A DNA stretch of 64,000 nucleotides from Paraspadella gotoi (lineage: Eukaryota; Animalia; Chaetognatha), in NCBI GenBank assembly GCA_051294375.1, contig CM119267.1:26241293-26305292 (forward strand), read 5' to 3'. The first letter of the stretch is position 1; each line of letters starts with the position of its first letter. The notes beneath the pieces were generated by a model that was not told where the DNA came from, made no database searches, and worked only from the letters and a program-made list of their open reading frames with translations. Shown in pieces: positions 37,738 through 49,100 of this stretch. The translations under genes and the position numbers were made by a program.

Positions 37738-40700
37738 ATGGTTCGTTTAACCCCGGAGTTGATTGCACAAGCAGCTCAGTTCATGAATCCCGTCAAAGAC
37801 TACGAACTGGATCTGAGAGGTGAGTGAAAGCGATTAACTTATTTTTCTCGCCATAATTTTAACTAAACTTGAAAAGAAATATTCCTCTCCTCCTCGCCGC
37901 CGCCGCCGCTGCTGCAGGATACAAAGTGCCAGCGATCGAGAACTTGGGCGCGACGCTGGATCAGTTTGACACCATCGACATGACGGACAACGAGATTCGC
38001 AAGTTGGATGGATTTCCATTGCTCAATCGTCTGACCAATTTGTTCATCAGGTTTCCTTTTAATTTCCTGCTCCGCTTTTCAAAACAACTCATATAAATTA
38101 TTAATATATTTGAGATTTTCCTGCAGCAATAACAAGGTCTGCCGCATCGGCGAGAATCTCGAAGCGGTCTTGCCCAAACTGAGAACGTTGATCTTAACCA
38201 ACAACGCCATGGCGGAGTTGGGAGACCTTGACCCGCTGGTGACGGTCCCCACGCTCGAGATCCTCAGCCTCCTCAGAAATCCGGTGACGACGAAGAAAAA
38301 TTATCGCTACTACGTCATTCACAAACTTCCGCAGTTGAGGTAAGTTTCATATTTTGGGTTTTTCATCAGATCGATTTGATTAAATCAAAATTTCTCCTAA
38401 CAAGTTTGAGTAAACAATGTCGGATCTGCCTACGATAATTAAGCTGTAATAAGCTCATCTGATGATGAATCATGGTAATTTTTCTGACTCTCAATTTGTG
38501 AATTGTGGTTATAACAAATCATAACAGACTTCTTAATAAATCTACATGGTGACAATTTTACAATCGCCGGTAAAAAAACTCAGTCATTTCCAAACCCATC
38601 ATCGACGTTAACTGAACTGCCGTAATACTGAGAGGAGTAAGGAATCTTCGAAGTAACGAAACAAGAGTTTTATTCTCAGAACAGAGTGATCACAAAATAA
38701 TAGATGAAAATTCTTTGCTCTTTCTTTTGTGAGCCAGAAGAACCAAGTGACAAGCAAATTCACATCAAGCCACTATCTCTAATTTAACCAAGGCTGGGCA
38801 GTACACTGGTTTTTTTAACCATGCAGTCTTTGTGTATAGACTTTCTATTTCGTTGTGTTTTAAGATTTAGAGAAAAACAACCATGCAGTCTAAAATTTTC
38901 ACAATCCTGTACAGTTTCTGGTATAATTTCAAGTGCTTAAAACGATTAACAAGATGTCGTCAATCAGATTTTGCGTTAGACCTACGCACAATTGACCGGA
39001 AGTTGACGTTGACAACAACATGGAATTTTTCTATGTTCTTTAATTGCAAGATAAGAAAATAGTTTTATAAAAATAATAATTTCCTAAATTTTAAGTTCCT
39101 CTCATTATTTAATAAGTTTTACTTTAAAATTTTTTTTAAAAAAGGCTCTTACCTATAGTGGGCGTGTCCAAAACTGGAAAATGACGCTCAAAAACTGATA
39201 AAATACGCAATATTAATAGTTTTTGAACTACTATAAATATAATGGTTTTTTATTGTCAAATGATAGTTGTATCACAAAGAATTATCATATATATCATAAA
39301 AAACTTTCACAGCTCTAAATAGACAAAATAAATATCAGTTACAAAAGATTCGTTTCTTAGTAACTGTTAAAATTCAGAATTAATATTATTTCTTTATTCG
39401 TTGTTGAAGAAACATATGCACAGGAGATAATGATTTAGTATTAAGCATATAAACTTTTTTTTTTGACTACTTTTTTGCCAACATTTTGATTCTTATGAAC
39501 TAATCATTTTTAAAGGCAGTCCAGAGTAAAATTTCAATTGTTCCAGAAAAAGTCATGTAGAGAGAGAGAGAGAGAGAGAGAAAGAGAAAGAAGCAAAATA
39601 CAAAAGAACTGCCTTGAAAAATGATTTGTTCATAAGAATCAAAATATTAGCATGAAAGTAATAAAAATGAACTAAATATTTGTTATTCCTTGTCAAAACA
39701 ATAAAATATTTAATAATTTTACATTGCTGTATTATTTATTATAATGAAACTTGATATGATATACTCAAGGTTTGAATAAGAGTCGTCTTACTTCTAAAAC
39801 CCTTGGGATTAAAGTTAAATGAAACTAAATAGAAAAAAACTAATTCATAAAGTTTATACAGTTTATTAAAACTGATCTTATATTTGTATCAGATTTTAAA
39901 CAGTGAACATGTTTCAACTTTTAATTCAAGTCTTCATCCGCATTTATGAATTGCCAACAGTTTTTTACTTCACAAGAAATATTTGGGAGAGAAAGGAAGA
40001 TAGAGTGAGAATTAGGTGAGAGTAAGGGAAGAGAGAGAGAGAAAAAGAGAGAGAAAGAGAGGGGGAAAAAATTTCAACAAAGATTTGAGAAAAGGATAGA
40101 GGTCAAGGTGAAGACAGGTTAGGTTTAGGCCAGAGAGAGAGAGAGATAGATATTGAAAAAAAACAACATTTTCACTGTTTAAAGAAAAATCGTTGCTTGA
40201 ACTACTTCAAACTCTTTCTAATTCAAAAACGAGACGAAAGAAAGGATTTCACATAATGGTATAAATGATAATTTTTTTATTGCTGGATTAAAGGTTTTTT
40301 TTAAGGAAAAGAAAAGAAAATTATAAATCTGATTAACTTTTTGATGCATGGATATTGTTAGTTAATTTATTCATTAATAATTATGAGTAAAAATTAGGTT
40401 AACTTTTAAAAATAATAAATTTAAAATTTTATTCCTAGATTTGTATTCCTTGCAAAAAGTTGATATAAGAAAATCTAATTTTTATTCCAAAATTATGTCA
40501 TTAAGAGGAAAGGTCATTCGGCATAACAATACGTATTACGTAATCATTGATGTATTAAAGCTAATATATCGAGAAATACAGTATAATCATCAGTAATCAC
40601 AAAAAAATAAGTTTTTATTTATATGTAAACAATCCGTTTTTAATCTGGTTGTTAAAAAATTCTAGGTAAGAAGTTAAAACACGGTATGGGTTAGTTTAGA

Positions 40701-43700
40701 AGGGGAGAATTAAACAATTAATCTTGTTACTCTGTTGGTTTGTAGTCGGGCATTGCCTAGGTTCACCCCGCCTATAAGCATGACTCTTTCAGTTGTGACC
40801 CGGTGGCTCATTGAGTAAAGCCATCAGCTCATGACCACTAGGTACCGGGTTCAATACCAACCCGGTACCTACCCTGTGGGAAGCGTGAGGACGGCCGTAA
40901 GCCGCCTTGGGGCGTGGCAACCCCTCAAGCCTGTTCCAAGCCCAGGACCCGTTCCATGGCTACTAAAGGGGGTTATAGAAGTTACGGATAGTCTTCAGCC
41001 CACTTAGCGCCTTATCCACACTGGTGAGCCCATCCTGTCGAGCGCATTCCAACCTTCTGATTCCAGGCCCATGGACGTGCCAAAGATTGCTCCCCTTCCT
41101 CCACTGGAAGCAGTGCAGGGTGGGTTACAATCTGGGGGCATGTAGTCGGGCATTGCCTAGGTTCACCCCGCCTATAAGCATGACTCTTTCAGTTGTGACC
41201 CGGTGGCTCATTGAGTAAAGCCATCAGCTCATGACACACTAGGTACCGGGTTCAATCCCAACCCGGTACCTACCCTGCGGGAAGAGTGAGGACGGCCGTA
41301 AGCCGCCTTGGGGTGTGGCAAACCCTCAAGCCTGGTTCCAAGCCCAGGACCCGTTCCATGTCTGCTAGAGGGGGTTATAGAAGTTATGGATAGTCATCTT
41401 CTATAGTTAAATAGATGGTAAAGAAATTCGAGCTACAATGAATTAAAAATTTGATTAGCAATCTTAAAAACATTTATGAAAATGTAATAGAGAGATATTT
41501 CGATAAACATGTTTCAGTTAGAGAGAATTCAGGGTTAAAGTTTAAAAATGTTTCATTTTCAAGGATACAAGTTGAAATTTAAAAATGTCTCTCTATTACA
41601 TTTTTCTAATTCAGTAATAAAAAATTCATAAAAAATATCAGATGGATTGGCCTTTTCGTTTGACCTGCAACTCTTCAGATAGGTTTCTTTTATTTTATAT
41701 TATAATTAAAACCGATATAAAATGGGGTAGAATGCATCAAATGTTTAAAGTGAATACATTTTCGGAATCGCCAGGAGCTCGGCTTTCTGAATTTGTACTC
41801 CATTTTGGCCTATTTTGAAGTTGAATTGAATGACCCTTTTTCTTAAGTTGGTCAAAGTGAATTATAAATAATTATAAAAACTTTCATTGAATCAATTCCC
41901 CTTTTTTCGCTCAGAATTCTCGACTTTCGGAAGATTAAACAGAAAGAGAAGGATGCGGCCAAGAAGATGTTCGGTGGAACGCGAGGGGCGGCGTTGGCGG
42001 CCGAGTTGGGACAGAAGTCGAAAACGTTCACCCCCGGCGCGCCCTTAGCTCCAGGAGCAACTAGCGCCGTCCCCTCGCCTCAAGTCCGACAGGATATGGA
42101 AGCCATTAAGGTAATTATATCATTTACTAATGTACATGTAACGTTTAGAAAAAACAATTTATTTTAACTATAAATTTTTATGAATAAGATATAATAAAAA
42201 AATAAAATATAATGAGGGTTATAATTTTTCAGCGCGCCATTGCTAATGCAAAGTCTTTGGAGGAAGTGGAGCATCTGAAGAACCTTCTTCGCGCCGGCCA
42301 GGTCCCGTCCCCGCCGACCAATCCAATGGGCACGGCGGCCATCCTCAGTCAGTTGCATCAAGCGGCCAACGGGTCTGCAAATGGGACGACCAACGGTAGG
42401 AAAATGCCCTTCTTAATTCTCATTTTCATCCACTCTTACTGCTTACTGCTTCGTCAAAAGCCTTTTGTTTTAAGTCAATTTCCCTCCTTTTCCGAGGTAC
42501 AAACACAAAGTCTTTGTCAAAGACTCAAACCGGAGGATGACAAGTTCAGCACAGTCCTGCAAATCGGAGCATAAGTGACAGCTATGCGGTTATATTATAT
42601 ATATTACATGTATTTAATACAGAGATGTGGACGCAATCCGGAAAGCGTAAGCGAACACTGTGGAAGCGGCCGATTTTTGAAGAACCCGAAACCGGGAGCG
42701 ATAGAAAAATTGAGAATAAAGGATTGAACCCGGAAGCTATAATAACCCTGCGTGTTCGCTTCCTGGTCATTTGTTTTTATTGGTTAGAAATGAAAGATAT
42801 TTAATGTATTAAAATCTTTGCAACCCCCTGCTCTTTCTTGATTTTTATTTTTAAAATTTTTTTCCAATATTTATTTTCAACATTTAGAATTGTTTGCTCA
42901 TAATTTTTTTATTCACTTTTTCTTATTCTCTTCTTTTATTTTTTGGTTTTCTTTTGTTCTCTCTTCCTCTTTCGTCAAGAATCTATGAAAAAAATTACAT
43001 TTATTTTTTTAATTATTCTTTTTAATATATTGAAATAAAATCTGAGCTGAACAAAAGATTTTTTCTATCTGAAAATAACTGTAATTATAAGTTAAATTAA
43101 AATATAAATTAAACTTTTTTAATTCTATAAAACTAAAAATTTTATTTCTTATATTTTTGTTGTTTTTCTTTAAATGTAAGTTTACTTTTTTTTAAATCCA
43201 TAAGGTTTTTTATGTTACAAACAAGTTTGAACTAAAAGGATTGATCTGTTTTATTGGCAATATTGCATAATATTGTGCTTATACATACTTATATCTCTAA
43301 CACACTCTCTCTCTCTCTATCTTCTGTTTTTCCCCTCTCGCACTGAACAAAAAAGCAAACAAAAAAATATATATAAAATAAATAAATCCAAATTATTAAT
43401 AAACAAGTTTGAGCAAACAATGCCGGATCTGCCATGATCATTAGAGGTAATTAATTAATTAATTAGTTGAAAAATAATAAATTATTTAATTAATTATATA
43501 TTGATTAATTAAAAGAATAACATCGAACATTTGGGAGCTCAAATGTTTTGAACAAATACAACGATGACGAATACAATGACGAAGACGACGACGAATTCTT
43601 TGTACTTTGTGACCCGTAGTACAGTAGTGGTCAATAAGAATGAACTGTTCTTACCTGGCCTTGTCATGGCTGACCTTTTTTTCAGCCAATGTAAATACTA

Positions 43701-45947
43701 GTTGTTATTTTTTTTATCATTTTTGCTCTTTTACTGTTTTTGATAATACCAGTTTTTCTCTATCACAAAAAACACGCCTCAAATTTTTCTATAAATTCTT
43801 GTTTTGAGTCACCGCAAACATTATAAAAAAATTTCAATTAATTAAATAATTAATGATAGCGACCACGACAATGATAATACCGACGATGATAAATTGATTG
43901 ATTGCTTAATTTTTTGATTGATTAATTAAATATTTGATTAATTGATTGAATAATTAATTAACTGATCAATTTTGGCATTGTTAGCTCAAAATTTGTTTGT
44001 TTTTTCATCTTTTCATTATGATGATTATGATGATAATAATGATGATAACAAGGTCCAAGGATAACACCGTCATGATTAATTGAATGATTGATTGATCAAT
44101 TAAATGAAATTCATATCAGGCCTGTTAGTTTTTTAGTTCTTTTTGTCAGGTCACTGACCAGGACAAAAGCAACAACGAAGTTGGAGATGACGATAATGAT
44201 AACACTGACATTGTTTAATTGATTGATTAATTAATTGGTTCTTTTAATAATTTATGGATAAATAAATTTATTAATTAGATGATTGATAAATTCATTGAAT
44301 AATTGATTGATTGATAAAAAAATTGATTCATATATTTTTTGATTGATTAGTTAATTGACTGATTGATTAATTAATTGATTAATTGAATAATTAATGCAGC
44401 TTGTATTTACATTTAATAAAAAAGAAAAAAGCAAATAGGGAAACAGGTTTTTTGTTTTTTTCATTTCCACTCGACCGATTCTTACAATCTTACAAATCTT
44501 ACAATTTTTCATAATACAAATTTTACTTGTTATTTGTTAACAAAAAAGATTGTTTAAAATTATTCTACCAATGAATTACATGTCTAAAAAGAATATTTTT
44601 ATAAATAATAACAAATGTGAAATTTTTAAAGAAAGGAAGCGATGTGCACTCGAAACCGAAAGCGATCCGGGCTAAAAAACTAGGGATTGCACCCGAAAAC
44701 GGGAGCGGGAGGGGTCTTGAGAAGCGCCGAAAAATCGATCGCTTCCACATCTCTGATTTAATATATATTCTCTTTTTAATCAATTAGCCCGAATACAATC
44801 ATCATTTTTATCGTCGCAATCGCGACGATATTGCTGTGGTTTTGCACATGAGTGGCGTCGTCGTCGGCGTTCCAACTTATAGATCGCTTATTTGATGATT
44901 AAATTTGGGTGTATGAAGCTAAAAATTTATATACAGCTTCTTAAAATGTCCTTAAAATTGAGTCAGGACAGTTATTAAATGTTTTGTTTACGTTTTATCA
45001 AAACAAACAAATTTTCTCTTTCTCTTTTTTCTTTTAATTATATGTCTCTCTCCCTCTCTCTTTTCCCTAGTCACTGATTCATAGGAAAAAAGTTTGCAGC
45101 TGGTTCTGCAGGGGCTTATTCTTTTTCTCTCTTTTCTCCTGCTGCTTCTGCTGCTGCCTATTGAGTCTGCAGCTGGCTCTGCAGGGTCTTTTTTTTCTCT
45201 TTTCTCCTCCTGCTTCTGCTGCTGCCTTTTGATTTCTTTATTTTCCTCTCTCTCTGTCTGCGTTTTTATTAAAAAAAAATTGAATTAGGATTGAGCTCGT
45301 AAAATTAATCATTAATCTTTTTTTTTTTTTAACTTTAATTTTCCTCGGTACTTTATTATTTTTTTTAATTGACAATCGCAAAATATAATTTTTCTTTCTG
45401 TTTATAAATTAATTTTCTTTTTTCAAATTTTCTTTTTTTTTAGTATCAAAATTTGTCGTCAATCCAGATGTTTCTTATGCGATTGCGACGATCCTTATGC
45501 TTTTAAGATTTTTTTAATAGGCAAATATCAAAGCAGTGTATAGCTGATAATATTATGGTATGTATTTTTATTTTTAATTAATTTTTTTAAAAATTATTTA
45601 AAAGAAATTTTAAAATGTGATCAATGAAACCGCTAAAAATTTAAAAGCTGATACACAGTACAGATACTACCAATGATTTCAGCCTTTTGCCATGTTGCAC
45701 CGAGCTGTTATTACTTTTGATCTTGTCATTACCGGTTAAGGTTTACACAGACTAAAAAAAAAGCCGTGTGTAATAAGAGAATATTTAATATTATTTATTA
45801 ATTCAATATACTCATTTTCCCTCTTCGAATTCCCTTTCTTGCTTCAACCTCTAATCTCTTTCTTCTTTTCTCTCTCGCTCTTCCCACCGTCGCACCCCTT
45901 TCATTTCAGGTCTAGAGGAAGAAGAGGAAGAGATGCAAATGGGTTGA
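37738..45947 (+). CDS. SNRPA1: U2 snRNP A' protein
   Basis: Exons 37738-37819, 37918-38050, 38127-38339, 41915-42110, 42233-42395, 45910-45947, all GT-AG and phase compatible. Motifs: MVRLTPELI, YKVPAIENLGATLDQFDTID, LRRs, NPVTTKKNYRYYVIHKLPQLR/ILDFRKIK, AIANAKSLEEVEHL. Confidence 0.95.
40874..40959 (+). ncRNA. Type-P5 twister ribozyme candidate
   Basis: CTGTGGGA a GCGT GA GGA cggccg TAA GCC GC cttgggg..cccctcaag CCTG t TCC aa GC CCAGG acccg TTCCATGG. P4 lacks one G in this copy. Confidence 0.65.
41275..41360 (+). ncRNA. Type-P5 twister ribozyme candidate (second LTR copy)
   Basis: GAGT GA GGA cggccg TAA GCC GC [P3] CCTGG t TCC aa GC CCAGG, with intact P4/L4. Confidence 0.72.
42620..44755. 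mobile_element. Non-autonomous hAT-like element
   Basis: TIR CAGAGATGTGGA, 8-bp TSD ATTTAATA. Confidence 0.8.
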
Positions 45948-46173
45948 AAACAATTCTCACGTCTCCATTCATATCCTCTTCATTTCAATCTTCATATTTT
46001 TTTCATATTTTGAAAGATTCGAAAAATTCTTCGTTTAATTAATTCGAATTTGTTTGTTAACTTTCCTTGTCTATTTTTTCTGGAATTAATCGTATAAGCT
46101 AATCAGCTAAAGATTATTTCTTTTGCAGAGAAGGTGTAAGAAATAAATTTGTGGTTTTGAACGTAAAGAGAGG

Positions 46174-49100
46174 ATGAGTAAATCGATCTCCAAGCGAGCC
46201 AGGGCTCGGCCCAGGGCTCGACCCTACTCGAATCTGGCCTCGGCCCATTCTTTTCTCTTTCAACTAATGGGTCAAGAGCCAGAGTTAGACGTTGTGGCTC
46301 TTGACCACGCATATGCCCGCGCCTGGAACCTTCATCCTCAAGCTTCGCGTGCCAAGCCGATGGTGACACTCTTTATGACGCCTGGCCTCAGATCAACGGC
46401 GAGCTTGACGGGTCGGAACGGAAATCGCGGGGAAATGGCCACGGTTAGTCTTGTCTTTCGATTTCGAACAAATGTAGGGTTTTTACAATTTGAGCGTGAT
46501 TTTTATTTTTGAGGCGGATAACGGGGAGGAAATAGACGTGGTGGGCGTGGATGACAAACTCTCACTCTCCTATGACGTCGGAAGAGCGAAGACGTCGATG
46601 CGCGAGTGCGAGGAGGGACTCTCCTTCGTTCGAGAAGTCCAAGTCGCCGACGAAGGTTGGGAAGAAAAGCTCGTCAAGTCCGGTGAGTACTGAGTATTGT
46701 AGGACTAAGCTCTGACGAACAAAGCCAGAGGTTTTTTAAATATATTCTTATACCGGCCAAGGTAGAATGATGGCTATATAGTTAATATTAAGTTTCTAAA
46801 AAATCCTACCATAAATATAGAAAATATTAACCAAAATCTTTGGAAAATTCATACCTTCTTTGGAAGATTTTCGCCATAGAAGATTTTTCCCCAATCTGAC
46901 TCCCAGTTGAAAACTCTTAGAATTCCGATCGTTAGCTCCTCTTTTACTTTGATTTTGAAAAATTAAGGTAAAAAACTTTTATTTCTTTAGTTTTTCAATA
47001 TATAGACATCTTCATCTTGCCAATAATTTTTTGGCTTGGAAATTGCTTAGTCAGGCAGCTAGAATTATTTGAATAAAGGCTGGAGCTTCATTCTCTCAGG
47101 AACCAAAAGTTTTATGGACTTAATAGTGGGCTACATTATATCTGTAACATTGCCTTAAAAACTTAATACTCAATTGTTTATTACACTCTATTTTTAACAA
47201 ATACGATTCGCCCACAATTTGGCGATTTTACCATTTTTACCATTTAAAAAAATCTGAGTAAGTCTATCTCAACTCAGTAAAGTACGGCAGTGGTTTATTT
47301 CGTATCATTGGATTTGGCTCATGGGGTAGGTTAAGTGGAGACGAATCCGTTATTCTTTACTCGCTCAGTAGAACGATGATGATTTCTTAAGCTTCACATT
47401 TTTAGGATGGTCGTCGACGCAATCACGTTTTTTCAACAAGGTCGTCCGCGAATTGACCGCGGACAGATTGGCGCGACTTAGCTTAGTGGGGACGAAAGAC
47501 GAGGCCCTGCAGATTCGCCTTCTCGTAGACAAAACTTCCAAAAGATTCCGCCAGGTTTTAGCGACGTTCCAGTGGGACCGGAGACTGTGCGCCTGGCTGC
47601 ACAAAGTCGTCGTGGACCATTTCCCGAGATCATATATGGTTGCCTATCTGGACATTCTCCAAACTCTCAAGTAAATCGGCGTCATTCCACTGTAACTTTG
47701 ATTTGGTTTTTTACTCATTCACTCAGTCACATTCAGTCATTAATTTTGATAAAACGACGACGTAGGAGCAAACTTCCGAGTCTCGTCGATAGACTTCTCT
47801 GCGCCGCTCCACTTCCTTCTACCGCCGACGCCAAGCCGACGCCAAAGTCACCACCTCATCCTTCGCCCAAGTCTCCACCGCCCGCTTTGCCGACCGGTGA
47901 GCACGAAAGGAAAAAATCAACTCTGATTTTCTTCGCCATTTCATTTTTTGGTCTGCAGAAGTCGCCGATCCGGAAGCACTTGCCTCTCTTCTCAAGCGGC
48001 CCTGGGATCCGCTGGGAAGCGTTTTCATTCAGCAGCGCCTCCGCCGTATGCCCGCCAATCCCATATTTCTGTTAGCGGCCGACATTCCTCCTGCCCCAGG
48101 AACGACTTCCTACACAAAACGCAAGAAGTTTTGGCATCAACAGTTATCTGCCCTTGGGAAAGTGGTAAGTACAATAAATATACTAATCCATTAATGTTTG
48201 GGCGGAAACAAAATCTTAACTCGCCAGACGGGCTTATGCCTTAAGTCAATGAATCAGTGAATGACTATCATCGCATCAGTGAATGACTATCATCGCATCA
48301 GTGAATGACTATCATCGCATCATTGAATGACTATCATCGCATCATTGAATGACTATCATCGCATTAGTGAATGACTATCATCATATCAGTGAATAACTAT
48401 CGTCGTATCAGTGAATGACTAATTGACTATCATCGAATCAGTGAATGACTATCATCGCATCATTGAATGACTATCATCACATCAGTGAATGACTATCATC
48501 GCATCAGTGAACTACTATCATTGCATCAGTGAATTACTATCATCTCATCAGTGAATGATTATCATCGCATCAGTGAATGTCTATCATCGCATCAGTAATT
48601 AATTATCGTCGAATCAATAATTGGTTATTGTCGCATCAATTATTGGTTATCATCACATCAATTATTGGTCATCATCGAATCAATCAATTACTATGACATC
48701 AATCAATCAATTACTATTTCATCAATAATTCGTTATCACATAAATCATACTGAAGAGACACATTAAAATCCGATTCTTTTTAAGATAGAAATCACAGGAG
48801 AACGGCATTCTTTTCCTTTTTTTCCGTTCTATCTGAATATATGACTTTTGTTAGACTTTTTAAAATTCTTGGCCCTTCCCAGGAGCGCCAAAGTGCCATG
48901 AGCGTCAAAATTCACATATATTTGTAGATTTCTTGAACAAGTTCTATTTAAATTTAATTTTCTAATATAATTAGTTCATTCCTGACTAGAATATTGCATT
49001 GCAAGTTAATATATTAAAAAAATAGTTTTAGGTGTATGGTGGACTAAAATCCACCAACCGTTCATCAGCGGCCATTGGTGCCGGAGGCAAGTCATTCGCC

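Larger units (their letters stand above)
40741..41395 (+). mobile_element. Two-LTR mini-retroelement with Pol III boxes and twister fold (family T3); 3' LTR truncated
   Basis: 5' LTR TGTAG...CCACA 40741-41020, TGGTGAGCCC 41022-41031, GGGGGCA, then the 3' LTR from 41141. A box TGGCTCATTGAG at 40804, B box GGGTTCAAT(A/C)CC at 40847 and 41248. The insertion is absent from the paralogous host repeat near 14660. Confidence 0.8.
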
